Shown here: positions 23,665 to 38,405 of the stretch, piece after piece
Position numbering within the stretch: position 1 is the stretch's first letter
Layout: each line of letters opens with the position of its first letter
Origin: Batkoa obscura
Taxonomy: Eukaryota
Assembly: GCA_030770535.1 (NCBI GenBank)
Contig: JASVEC010000018.1
Location: 186,001 to 250,000, forward strand
Direction of reading: 5' to 3'
DNA length: 64,000 bases
Translations under genes and position numbers: made by a program
The notes under the pieces: generated by a model
What the model was told of the DNA's origin: nothing
Databases searched by the model: none
The model's input: the letters and a program-made list of their open reading frames with translations, nothing else

Positions 23665-24128
23665 TTTGAAATCTGGTACTCAGGGTTTGGAGTCAAGGAC
23701 AGCTATTGCTGGGTTGACTACACTATAAGTCGAAAGGTCTTAGTTTATGTGACTAAGATAGACTTGGATTATGAAGAATAGCACGTAATAAGTTACAAGC
23801 TATATAAGACAAATAGAATAGACAATACTAATGTAAAAGCTACGTAAAATAATATTAAGTAAGCTTAGTGGCTTTATTAAATGTACGAGATATCAGGGAA
23901 TAATTTAATTAAAAAGCCTCGAACTACTATACTCTGTAAACTCTTTTATACTCTGAAAAGTATAAATATCAAAATGAGAAGATAATATTCTTTTGGATGG
24001 AGCTAGAAATTCTCATAACAAATCAAAATAAGAACATGGGATTGATTTTCTCTGAACTCAAGAACACAACAGCTTAGGCGATTGTTATTCTATAATTAAC
24101 CATGGGACTGACAAAGCGATACTTCAAA
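23665..24128 (-). mobile_element. Solo LTR family L (inverted) with 4-bp TSD GCTA
   Basis: Reverse complement of family L, 464 bp; GCTA at 23661-23664 and 24129-24132. Confidence 0.9.
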
Positions 24129-24146
24129 GCTATCTAATATATATAC

Positions 24147-24244
24147 GAGGGTGTTTTTTTTGACTTCATTATTTTTTCCGTTTTTTAAGCACTATTTGAG
24201 CGGAAAAATCGTCAGTAAAATCCTAAACACAAAAAAACATCCTC
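24147..24244. mobile_element. MITE family M
   Basis: GAGGGTGT...ACATCCTC with conserved core. Confidence 0.85.
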
Positions 24245-24408
24245 AGATGTGTTTTTTATTTAAAGTTCAAAGAATCTTATTGGAAAATTAATAATATTTC
24301 TAATAAAAGTTTTAAAATCAAAAATTTGATTGGTTAAAACCAAATTTTATTTTGAAAAGCATTATATCGAAGCTACAAAGATTAATAAAAATAATTGTTC
24401 AATAATAA

Positions 24409-24481
24409 AGCCTAATATGGGGCTCGAACCCATGACCCTGAGATTAAAAGTCTCATGCTCTACCGACTGAGCTAATCAGGC
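24409..24481 (-). tRNA. tRNA-Lys (anticodon UUU)
   Basis: 73 nt cloverleaf; acceptor GCCTGAT/ATTAGGC, D-arm AGCTCAGTCGGTAGAGC, anticodon loop CTTTTAA, GGTTCGA T-loop. Confidence 0.97.
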
Positions 24482-24900
24482 AGCCTTGTCTTATATAGTT
24501 TTACGAAGTTTTTTTTATATAATTAATTAAATTAGTTGTCTGTATTTTTTCTATTTTTGTATTCTGAATATTAATGCTGTAAACTATTTCTATTTGTCTT
24601 ACATGTTGTTTCTGTCAATACTTTTTAGATTAGATTTTGTGATAAATTCCATAAATTAACATTTATAAACACTTTGGATCATTATAACAAAAAATAACTA
24701 CTCTTAAATTTCACAAGCATTTTAAAATAATTGTTTGAAAATATTTTGTATAGCATACTTTTTAAAATATATAAACATACCTGCTTAAATTAGCTAAAAA
24801 GTTTATTTCTACTATTTTACGGATATATATTTTAATAAAAAATTTTAACATAAAAAATAAGTTAATTAATAATTTTTAAATACATTTCTTGTTTTATTTG

Positions 24901-24997
24901 TGGGTGTGTTTTTTTGTTTAAGAATTTACTGGCGATTTTTCCGCTCAAATAGTGCTTAAAAGATGGAAAAAGTAATGAAACCAAAAGAAACATCCTC
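24901..24997. mobile_element. MITE family M
   Basis: Conserved core in reverse orientation; ends ACATCCTC followed by ATAT. Confidence 0.85.
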
Positions 24998-25099
24998 ATA
25001 TACTTTTTAAATAACTGTAGTATTAGAGGAGAATTGATAAAAATAGCTTCTACAGATGACTTTTTTAGTTTTAGTTACTGAGTTTTTGTTTTGTTATCT

Positions 25100-25466
25100 T
25101 TGGTAACAATCCTGTGATAATCATGATAAGTTGTAGCTGTTAAATTTGGACAATAGTTTACAAAATCAAAAGTTTCATTATTTACAATTAGATGCCCCCA
25201 TTGTCAGTTTATCTTTAAAAAAAGCTCTCTTTAATGTTTAATGAAGTTTGATAACTTTAAGCTTTAAGCTTTAAACTTACTCATAATTCCTGTATCATCA
25301 CCAAAGTCATCCTCAATATACTTTAAATATATTAATTTATATTTAGTAATCTTGTCTATGATATTGGATAAATCTTTGACTAATAGTTATAAATTAAAAA
25401 ATCACCTTATGCTAGCCTATTGAATATTTTAAATAGTAAACCATCAGGTAGTTAACCAAGCTTCAT
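25100..25466 (-). pseudogene. F-box family pseudogene, 5' fragment
   Basis: Translates MKLG*LPDGLLFKIF...KYKLIYLKYIEDDF and a CPNLTA-like segment with stops and frameshifts; 3' limit approximate. Confidence 0.7.
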
Positions 25467-26302
25467 TTTTTCAAAATGTAACATAGTAAAGTAAGAAAAC
25501 CAATAATTTATTTGTTTGATGTCAACATTTTGTTCTTTTTTTATATCTTCAGATAAATTTAGCAATTCTAGACAATATTGAATAATATCATATATAACTG
25601 TTGTTGCACTTGGCTGTTCTAACCTAAATATTCATTCTAATATGTATAATAGATTCTTTACTTTTAATTTCACAATTTATCATAATACCAGAGAAAGTCT
25701 ACCTCTATAGCCCTCAGTATTTGGTGATTTTGCTAAATTAACAAGTTTACCAAAAGAAATTTCACTTTGTCAATTTTTATCCCTTAATATAAATAAATAA
25801 AAATCCCCTAAATTTGTCTCCTCTGTGTAATATTGTCATAGAAGCGGTGATACCAATAAATCTGGAAGACATCCAATCAACAAACCTAACTTATTTAGAG
25901 ATTATGAAAGTCTGAAGATTTATTAATTTGGGTTATAAACAGGCCATTTTACACAACTTAACGGATCAAAACGCCACTGTTATTCAAGTTACTGATTTTG
26001 AAAGTAAATCCAATTACTTCATATATGTAGCCATATTTAAAATTTCAAAGGATATGAGTATAGTTCTTATAACTCAGCTTAGAAGGCTACAGGCGAAAGA
26101 GTGGAAAAGCGAGTAACCCAAAGATAATATAGATGCTATGAAGGAAGTAAATAATTATAGACAGCTGGTTTTTTGGTCTAATTTGGCCAAAAAATAATTT
26201 ACTAAATATAGCAAATTAGTTTCATCTAATCAAATTCAATGCTTTTTTCTATGAAAAATTTTGCTTAAATAAATTATTAATTGTATTTTAACATCAACAT
26301 TA

Positions 26303-26400
26303 GGGGATGTTTTTTTTGATTTCATTATTTTTCCATTTTTTAAGCGCTATTTGAGTAGAAAGATTGTTAGTAAAATTCTTAAACACAAAAAAACATCCCC
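26303..26400. mobile_element. MITE family M, TSD ATTA
   Basis: GGGGATGT...ACATCCCC with ATTA on both sides. Confidence 0.92.
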
Positions 26401-26696
26401 ATTATTTGTTTTCAAACTAAATATAGTCGACTACCTTTTTATTATTTTATTGATTTAAAAATTACTAAAACAATTATTATGAGCATAAGAAATAAGTAAA
26501 AACCGAATGATTAACGTTAGTTGATGCAAGACGAAAAAACCTAAAGTCTATTTTAAAAAGCCCTTTATTAATTCATACAAAAATATGTAAAAAATAAACA
26601 TTTTAATATTGATTTAAGGTATTCATTATGCGAACTAATATTTTTACAAAAAGATTAAATTCCATCAATTATTGAGTATATATCTATTTAATATAT

Positions 26697-26795
26697 GGGG
26701 ATGTATTTTTATGTTTAAGGATTTTAGTGATAGTTTTTTCCCTCAAATAGGGCTTAAAAAATGGAAAAAATAATGAAGTCAAAAAAAACATTCCC
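26697..26795. mobile_element. MITE family M, TSD ATAT
   Basis: GGGGATGT...ACATTCCC. Confidence 0.9.
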
Positions 26796-27095
26796 ATATA
26801 TTAGTGGTTTATTTATAGATGATAGTTTCATGATTCTGAATTACAATAAACAGTATTGAATAAATCAATAAAGTATTTAATATCAACGTTATATCTGGAA
26901 GTTAATTTTTTACGTTGATGATGCATTTGGCTATTGTAGGTATTATTAAAAAGGTATTCAAGGAAAAAATATCTATAAACGCTTTATTAGTATCTGTAAC
27001 TAAAATATAATGCAACAATAAAATAAACAAAAGGCTTATAAATTTTTATTAAGATAATTATAATAAAAAGCATGATGAATTAAATGTTATATTGT

Positions 27096-28435
27096 TTATA
27101 AACTTAGCCAAGCTAATAATGGAATATTTATGAGTTTATCGTAAAGCTCATTATCGATAGTAGGTACATCAGGAACAATGATTAATAAAGGAGTAGTAAG
27201 CCCATAGTTAATTTCAGGATCTATATCTTTTAATATAAAATCAATAAGCTTAATTGCTTTAAGGTTTGGGAAAAGTTCTAATAAACAAAAAGAGTCTTTG
27301 AAGTTAACTCCATTGATGGAATCAACTGCGATCTTATTTATAAAATCATATTTGTATGTATCATAGCTAGTATTTTTATTAACATCATCTGTATCAAAAC
27401 TAAAGTCGCTAGTTAATATTGAAGTGACAAAAGATAAATCATCGATGTGAATCCTTTTTATGTTTAATAATAAATAAACAGCTTCTAAAAGTCCCATTAC
27501 TAAATCAAGGACATATATTTCTTGTAATGTTGATATTTTTAATAAATCATAATTTATTGGATCATACGTATAAAAATGGCCTAAAGAAGTAAGTTAGTAA
27601 TTTCTGCTAAAATCATATTGTTTCTGTTTTTTATATCTGAAAAAGAACAAGATTTGTCATTTAGTTTTACACTCTTAAATTTGCTAAGTTTACCAAAAAC
27701 ATTAATACCGAACTTGGAGTCAAAATAACCTTTAATTTTAAATTTTAAACAAGAGATAAAGTTTATATTTGGATTAGGCTTAGACTTGATAAAAATATAT
27801 TTGATTCCATATGCAATACTTTTAAATTAATAAATCCTCCTTCAATTCTATTCAATTCATTAAAAAACAAGGTAGCATAATAAAAGATCTATAGGGACCT
27901 TATTTCCTCTGAATTCAAAAACTCGATTATTTCTTTTATACTCCAGCTCAATATTCAATATATAAAACTTCGATTTGACTCATATCTCTCTCAAATAAAT
28001 TCAATACTGTAGAATAACTAGCCATAGTAGAATCTGAAATATTTTCTTAATTTGGGTAACTAGATTTAGATTTTATCAACTGTAACAAGAATAGACCCAG
28101 AGCAAAGATAAGTAATGGTTGTTAAATTTGGTCAACAATTAGTCAAAACAATGCTATTATAATAAACAGTTAAATGTCTCGTCGTCCCACCGTTTTTTAA
28201 GATAAACTCTTTTTTATAGTTGAAAAAGTTTGGGTAATCTAAACTTTTACTAAGTTTCCTTCAATTCTCCCATGGTCATCCTCAGTGTACTTTGAATAAA
28301 TTAATTTATACTTGATGCCCTTGTCTATGATAATAGATAAGCTTTTATTTAATAAATGTAAATTAAGCAGTTCTCTTATATTGGTCTAATTAAATGTTTC
28401 ATAAATAGATCACTTGGCAGTTGATCAAACTTCAT
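27096..28435 (-). pseudogene. Full-length frameshifted F-box family pseudogene
   Basis: Starts ATGAAGTTTGATCAACTGCCAAGTGAT (MKFDQLPSD); C-terminal ORF 27096-27497 nearly matches the end of 3171-4514 (PDVPTIDNELYDKL.NIPLL.WLSL). Confidence 0.85.
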
Positions 28436-28811
28436 TATTTATAAAGATGAAGAGATATAAAAACAAAATTACATCAATATATATAATTTTAATGTGTCAT
28501 TTTTATAATGTTATGATTGATCTAGAAAAATTAAATTTGACTAATTCAATATACTTAAAACCAAAAAAATCTGTTAGGACAATCATATATATTTAATTTT
28601 TAAAGATAGTTCATTTACCTCATTTTATAAAAGGTTTTAGATGTGAAAAAGTGATGGAATGGCTGTTACAACCCAGCTTAGAATGGTACCTGAAAAAAAG
28701 GTCTATAAGTAGATGGCATAGAAGGGTGGTATGGAAATTATTCTGAAGAGAATTAGTTATTATTAAAGCTATATATTTAATCTTTACTGTTAAGGTATAA
28801 CAGATAGAATA

Positions 28812-28884
28812 GCCTGATTAGCTCAGTCGGTAGAGCATGAGACTTTTAATCTCAGGGTCATGGGTTCGAGCCCCATATTAGGCT
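28812..28884 (+). tRNA. tRNA-Lys (anticodon UUU), identical to the copy at 24409-24481
   Basis: GCCTGATTAGCTCAGTCGGTAGAGCATGAGACTTTTAATCTCAGGGTCATGGGTTCGAGCCCCATATTAGGC. Confidence 0.97.
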
Positions 28885-29219
28885 TCTTTAGATGCTCCCT
28901 ACTAATAGAGTCTCTTTTTTGTGTTGACTAAAAGTCAAGTAGTTCTAGTTTAATTTGTTAAACTAAAAACATTAAAAGATTTGATTGAGTCTTTTAATAA
29001 AAAATGAAATGAACTCATTGTATCTGCACTTTCTATTTCAGGTTTTTTGTATTGCTTATTGTATAGGCAACAGTATTGATAATAAATAATTTATTTTAGT
29101 TTTTTATTAATTTGGTGTTAATTGATTTTTTTAAACAACCCTATATCATAATTGATCCTAAACATGATTGAATTAATGATTGAAGTAGTAGTATTTTAAT
29201 ATATAGTTAACAATTGTAT

Positions 29220-29318
29220 AGGAGTGTTTTTTTTGACTTCATTATTTTTTCCATTTTTTAAGCCCTATTTGCGTGGAAAATTTGTTAGTAAAATTCTTAA
29301 ACACAAAAACACATCCTC
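29220..29318. mobile_element. MITE family M
   Basis: AGGAGTGT...ACATCCTC with conserved core. Confidence 0.85.
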
Positions 29319-29530
29319 AATATAGTAGAAATGCATATACGTAAAGATAAAAGGGCAGCTATAATATATCGACTTTTTAAATAATAGTATAAATTTTTTT
29401 CATTAGATTAATAATATTCTATTAAACCTTAATTTTTATTCTTTAAGTAAAAACCCGGATTTATGACGTATCCCATAAAATCTCTTTTGAATGAATTTTC
29501 ATCTTCATCTCATTTTTTTATTCAACAATC

Positions 29531-32250
29531 ATGTCAATTGACACTATTACTTACAACACTATCTCCAATTTACAAAAGCAATTAGGTAGTGAACTATCAA
29601 TAGTATCAGGTACCATTTCCTCAATTGATAACAATCTCAAGATTCATTACAACTATAATATCAAAGATTATATTCAAAAAAAATCACGAAAATATACTAC
29701 TCAATTATTACTTCATTCTTTACCAGAATTTAAAACAATTGATTTTCAACATGAAGAAATCAGTAATTATTGTTACAAACTAGTTCAAGAAAACATTACC
29801 ATTTTATTCTATGATAGAAAATCAGAAGGAGGAGATAAAGCTATTCCTCAAATTGAAGTTTACTTAGATAATCAATTAATGAATATCTTAAAATTAAATG
29901 AATATCATGATAACTTTGTTAATTTTAATACATTCTCTAAGCCTCAATTAAAGAATCAAAAATTAATTTATCTTGCTCAAGGTAAAAGAATTACAAATGA
30001 ATTTGATAATAAAGAATATCAATATATTCAATCCTATGGAGAAAGTTTAACTTCAACTAATAAAATTCAGCTGATTTCAATTGACTTAACTTCAATATTA
30101 AAAAAATCATTTTCAATTAAAGAAGAGCAAATGAATGATTTAATTAAACCTATTGATATCTCTTCTGATTATGGTGAACCGGTGGAATTTATATATCATC
30201 CATTAAATAATGATCAATTAATTTTAACTTTGTTTCAAACTAATCCTATTAAATTAGGTTATGTTTATTGTAATAATCGACCTAAATCAATTTATTTATT
30301 GAATTTAAATAATGGAAAATTACAACTAATTTCAGATATTAATTATAGTTGTTATAATATTGTTACTTATGAAGAGAATTTAATTTATTTTAAAAACTCA
30401 TTGGGCGGTGCTCATTTTCATTGTAATCAAGTAATGAAGGTAAACTCAAGTATATATTGAATTTAACTATTTTATTTTGTTTTGTTTTATAGTATAATTT
30501 GACTACGGGTAATGAAAAAGTCATATTAGATGAAATAAAATCAGCCGAATATCAACAATTTCCAGGAATTTATTGTCAAAGTTTAATTAAAAAACCTATA
30601 TTAAAAGTTAATAAAGAAGATTATTTAATTGTTAATTCACAATGGAATTGTTATAGAGTAATTAATTTATTAATATTATTTAAATATGTGTTTTAATATC
30701 TTTTTTTATCTAGGTTATTTTAGCTATTTCTTTAAAAGAAGAAAATAAAGTATTGTTATTAAGTGAAGGTAAAAAATAATAGAAAATACTTCATATGTTA
30801 AATACTAATAGTACTTTTTTAATATTAAACATAATAGTTATCAATAATTGCAATTATAGTTATACAATATTAGATCATTGTAATGATTATATATTAGCTT
30901 ATAGAAGTAATCCTAAAGTTAGTTCTGAATTGGTAACTAAATTATTAAGTATTTATTTAATATAATAAAATTATTTTTAGATGTTAGGAACAATAAACCC
31001 AAATAATAAAAATACTATTGAAGTTGAATGGAAAGTTATTCAACAAAAGAAAATCGATGAAGGTAAATCTAAGTTATAAGAGATTTTTAATTATAGTAAT
31101 AAATTAATTATAGATTATAACAAAATATCATGGGAAGTATTAAATATACGTAATGAAACAAATAATCCATTAGAGTGTATATTATTAACATCTCAATTTA
31201 ATAATATTAATAATAAAAAAATCATATTAAATATTCATGGTAAGTGAATGATGATAAACTGGGATTATTTGTTAAGATATTCGTTAATTTAATTTAAGGT
31301 GGTCCTCATGGTAGTAATGCTTTAGATTGGAGTTTATTAAATTTACATTTGTTATTAAATGGTTATGATATTTTACATGGTAAATTAGTTGTTTTAATTA
31401 TTTATAATATAATAATATAACAATTAATTATTTATATAGTAAATTATTCTGGTTCCATAGGATACGGAGAAGATTATGTTAACTCTTTAATTGGTCATTT
31501 AGGTGATAAAGATGTTAAAGATTGCCAGGTAAAAATTAGCCTCGAATATTAGTTATCGTAACTATAAACAAATAACTAAATTTGATTGAACTTAAATATT
31601 AATATTATTTTTTTAGTTTGCAATTGAAAAAATAGTTAATGAATATTCATATAAAGATATTAATATAATGGGAGGTAGTCATGGAGGTTTTCTAACCGCT
31701 CATTTAATTGGACAATATCCTGATTATTATAAAAAAGCAATTATGAGAAATCCAGTAATTCAATTAGCTTGTAATTCTACCGTGTCTGATATTCCAGATT
31801 GGTGAGTTTCTATTTTATATATCTATTATTATAGTATTCTATATTACTATAATAACATTAATTTTTACAATAATTTCCTTTAGGTGTTATTATGAAGCTG
31901 GATTAAAGTTTGACTTTAATAAATTGCCTATATTAACTTCAGAGGATTATATAAAATTAGATAAACAGTCTCCACTTCAGTATATTTCTAAATTAAAAAC
32001 ACCAATTTTATTATTAATTGGTGATCATGATTATCGAGTACCAAAGTCTCAATCTTTTCATTATTATCATTTAATTCAATCTTATAATAACAAATTAGCA
32101 AAGTAAGTCATTATTTATTAATCACTTGTTAGAATTTATACTAATTTTAAAATCAGATTATTTTTATTCCCAAATACTGGTCATCCCTTGGACACCCCTC
32201 ATGCTGAAATGGTATCAATTGTGGAAATTTTAAAGCATTTAAAACAATGA
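29531..32250 (+). CDS. APEH: Acylamino-acid-releasing enzyme (S9C peptidase), multi-exon
   Basis: KLGYVYCNNRP, GGAHFHC, FPGIY, IH/GGPH, NYSGSIGYG, nucleophile GGSHGGFL, RNPV, SDIPDW, LLIGDHDYRVP, FPNTGHPL. Confidence 0.92.
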
Positions 32251-32329
32251 GATAAAATAAGATAAAATAAGATAAAATAAAATATCAAATATTATTAAAT
32301 TTCAATTTTATTTCATCTAAAAAACTCAT

Positions 32330-34631
<2,302 letters not shown>

Positions 34632-34978
34632 GACTTTTGAGGATTAAAAGCTATGTTAAGATGATTGAATCAATTTTTTGGAAAATAAGGGATTAAAAAT
34701 AGCAAAAATTGGGCTATTATGCAAATCTGATATGAGAATTATTAGTATCAAATTGTGAATTTGTGGATGTGATTATTTTGTTTGAGGTGATAATAATAAA
34801 TCAAAATACAGAAATATTATATATATCAGGTTTAACATTAATGTTAAGATATGCAAGCATATTAAACATTGTATATGCTATTCGTCAATAATATTCATAG
34901 TTGCTAAGTCTATCTAAAGATAAAAGAGTGATTTAAATCTAGGTGTATAATAATAAAATTTTTATATTTTTATATAAA

Positions 34979-36510
34979 ATGAAGTTTGATTAACTACTAG
35001 GAAACTTGTCATATGAAGCCTTCAAACAATTTCGTTTAAATGAAAGTTTCGATTTATGCTTATTAAATAAGGGTATATCTAGCATTATAAATAAGGTTAT
35101 AACATACAATGGTTTATTCAAAATATGGGGATGTACTTTTTTGTTTAAGAATTTCACCAACAATCTTTCTATTCAAATAGCACTTAAAAGATGGAAAAAG
35201 TAATGAAACTAAAAAAATCATCCCCATATACTGATGATAATTTTTGTAATGATAAAGCTTTAAGTAAAAGCTTAAACCACAAAAAGTTTATTAGCTATAA
35301 AGAGACTTTGTTTTTAAAAAGTAGAGCCATGACAAAATGTTTAGATGTAAATAATAGTATCATTGCTTACATAAATTATTGTCCAACTTTATTTATTGTT
35401 TATCATGATCCTTACAGTATTCTTGAAGTAATCATTAAATTGATTCAGTTACCGGAGTTGAAAAAGTTATTCATAAAAGTTATTTGTACTAATACTTCCC
35501 CAATCTTAAACTTATTTAAGAAACATTTGAAGCAAATTGAAGTTTTAGATGTTGTGTGTGATTCTGGTGATATAAAAGAAGTTATCAATTTTTTGATTGC
35601 AGGTAAAGTAAAATTGGTTGAATATGTTATTATTCTATGTTAAACTTTGAGAAATCGGATAAAATCAAAATATAACTTATTAACTTAAGAGAATTATATA
35701 TAAAAAGGGGAGAAGATACATTTTCTTATACCGAGTTTAATCCGAACATAAACTTTATTTCCTGTCTGAGATTGGAAATTGATAATATTCTTTAATTTTA
35801 CTATTAATAATTTTGGTGACCTTAATAAATTGAAGAGTATAGGATTAATTGGCTTTTCTAGTTTAAAATTAGAAAATATAGATAATATAAAGGAAAGTTT
35901 TTTTGGCTTCATTACTTTTTCGATCTTTTAAGCGTTATTTGAGTGAAAAAATTGTTAGTAAAATTCTTAAATACAAAAATACATCCGCATAACTTTATTT
36001 AAAAATACTGATCTCATTTGTTTAGGTTGATTTGATACTAATAGCTCAATAAGTTAAGGTTTATTAAAATTATCAACATTACATGAAGCACATGTTGATA
36101 AATTTGCAAAGCAATTTTTAAAGGTTATTTCTTTAGTGCTAAATACTAAAAGAATCCACATTAGTACTATAGGTTATGTTATTAAAGCATTAGCAGAAGA
36201 GTTTAGTTTTAACATAAATAAAATTAATGACATCACTAGTAATAATTTGTGTGAATGTAGTTTTAGAAATTGAATTAAAGTTTCTACTTTCTTTGATCTT
36301 ATAATGGTTTTTTTATTTTTTAATATTTTTTTCAAATCTTAAAGTAATTAAAATTAAAGACTTTAAACTGGGGGACATTAGATTTTAAAACTCCTTGTGC
36401 ATTTACTCCCTCTTTGTTACTTGTTACGTCTAATATGTTTGATATTAATAATGGGAATTATATTAAGCTTAAAAACACCCCATTATTAACCTGGATAGGG
36501 TTACAAATAT
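34979..36510 (+). pseudogene. F-box family pseudogene with two MITE insertions (35127-35225 and 35890-35988)
   Basis: ATGAAGTTTGATTAACTA (MKFD*L), YINYCP, IQLPELKKLFI, ending near TPLLTWIGL; many frameshifts. Confidence 0.85.
35127..35225. mobile_element. MITE family M, TSD ATAT
   Basis: Removing the element plus one ATAT restores YSKYTDD, matching the paralogs. Confidence 0.93.
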
Positions 36511-36811
36511 GCTGGGGTTTAAATCATTATAACTTTTATCGTTTTTCTTATTAATTAATATTAAATAATTTATTATTATTTGTATTAGATCTTAACGTTT
36601 CAAGTTTTACTTTTAGATTCTTCATTTTTATAACCTTTAGTATATCAATAAGTTATCAAACATGAAACATATTGTTCAAAATAGTATAGAAGATTATTCT
36701 AATGATAGAATAATAAAATTGACTATTTTATGAGCCTATTCTGTGTTACTCTTCCTCATTTTTTAAAAAATTAGTGTGATCTTTTTTACAAAAAACTAAT
36801 CTTATACAATT

Positions 36812-36910
36812 GGGGATGTTTTTTTTGGCTTTATTACTTTTTCTATCTTTTGAGCGCTATTTGAGTGGAAAATTTTTTAGTAAAACTCTTAAATACAAAA
36901 GTACACCCCC
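36812..36910. mobile_element. MITE family M
   Basis: GGGGATGT...ACACCCCC. Confidence 0.88.
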
Positions 36911-37306
36911 ATATCAATATTTTTTCATCTTGTAATTGATGTAAATTTATATTATAAGCCCAATTTCAATTAATCAAGTTAATCTCTAAATGTAAGATCA
37001 GTTTTATTAGCTGAAATTCATTAAGTATAGTTAAGGCGAAAAGTTTCAAATATAAATAAAATTGCCTGGCATCAATGTGTTAAATTAACTTAATACTGTG
37101 TTTTTCAATAGAAAACTAAAAATATCCTTTATCAAATTCTCATATACTTAATTTCAATTGTCATTGTAATATTCTTTTTTGTCTATAATTTTAATTAACA
37201 AATCATCGAACTAATTTATAGGCATGACTCTAATACTTCTTTAATTATAGTTTGTTTTAAACTATCTTAATCATATTAAATAAAAGTAGTAGTATTATAT
37301 ATATAT

Positions 37307-37398
37307 GAGGATGTTTTTTTGATTTTATCACTTTTTCGATTCCTGGAATACTATTTGAGTGGAAAAATTACTAATAAAATCCTTAAAAAGACATCCCT
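37307..37398. mobile_element. MITE family M (short deletion)
   Basis: GAGGATGT...ACATCCCT with core. Confidence 0.8.
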
Positions 37399-38405
37399 AT
37401 ATTTACTATAATTAATCACTTTGTGAGCTTTAAGTAAAACTCTAAATATGATGAAGTCTCAGTTTTAGTCCCTTCTCAACTCTACTTAATGATAGGAGTT
37501 CATAGCTTTTTTATCAGCATACCATCTACAAGCGACTTGATCATAATACTCTCATTTTTTAAAAAAAAAAAAGCTTATTGAATACTCTATCTTGAATAAA
37601 GATAAACAAAATCTCAATACCATTATTATTATCTCAGGCACAACCTTTCATTCTTCTGATCTCCACAATTATCTCTTAGGCCATTCACTTGGGTATTGCT
37701 TTTATGGTCACGATTGTAAGATTAATCATGACTCTCATTTTACCATTTTGTACCCATGTTGTTTTGTAAAAATTGAAGCAATTGTTAGCTTTCCAGACTC
37801 TGTTGAATCTATTAATAATAGATTAAAATAGATTAAGTTGTATACAGTAATGATACATTAGATTGTTTTAAAGTAAAGCGGTAACTTTTTTGTAATCTTA
37901 AATATTTTCTAGAATATTGGTGGCATTGTTTAGATAGTAAAATTGTATAAACGAAAGTGAAGCTGAAATGAAGTGAATTTTTAGTTGTTGATGAATTTGT
38001 AATTAAGAAAAGTTGTAAAATTTAGAATGTTTTTGAAGCATCTGTTGAAGCAATAACATTAATATGAAAATTAGAATTTAGGGATATGTCATTTAGTTGC
38101 TATATGATAAGTTACAAAATTAAAGATATGAAGTTTATCACATAAATTAAGTCTAATAGATCAATCCTAGATGTTGATAAAATAAAGCTATAAAATCATT
38201 TTTATCATCTCATTTATTTGTATTATATCATATCATTTAAGTTAAAATTGCTAAGCTTATTGTAGCTGGTTATAATGCTTTATGATACTATTAAACAAGG
38301 ATAACCATCTTGTTTTAATCAAAGTTCAAGTTTTAACTAAAACACATTATAGTGAGATGTGTAACTATATAACTTTTCTTATTGTTTTGTAATTCTTATA
38401 TAAAA

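Noticed and set aside
16469..24481. Functional RNA-modification cluster (DUS3, METTL4, tRNA-Lys)
   Set aside because: Neighbours are unrelated housekeeping genes; adjacency is explained by a compact gene block
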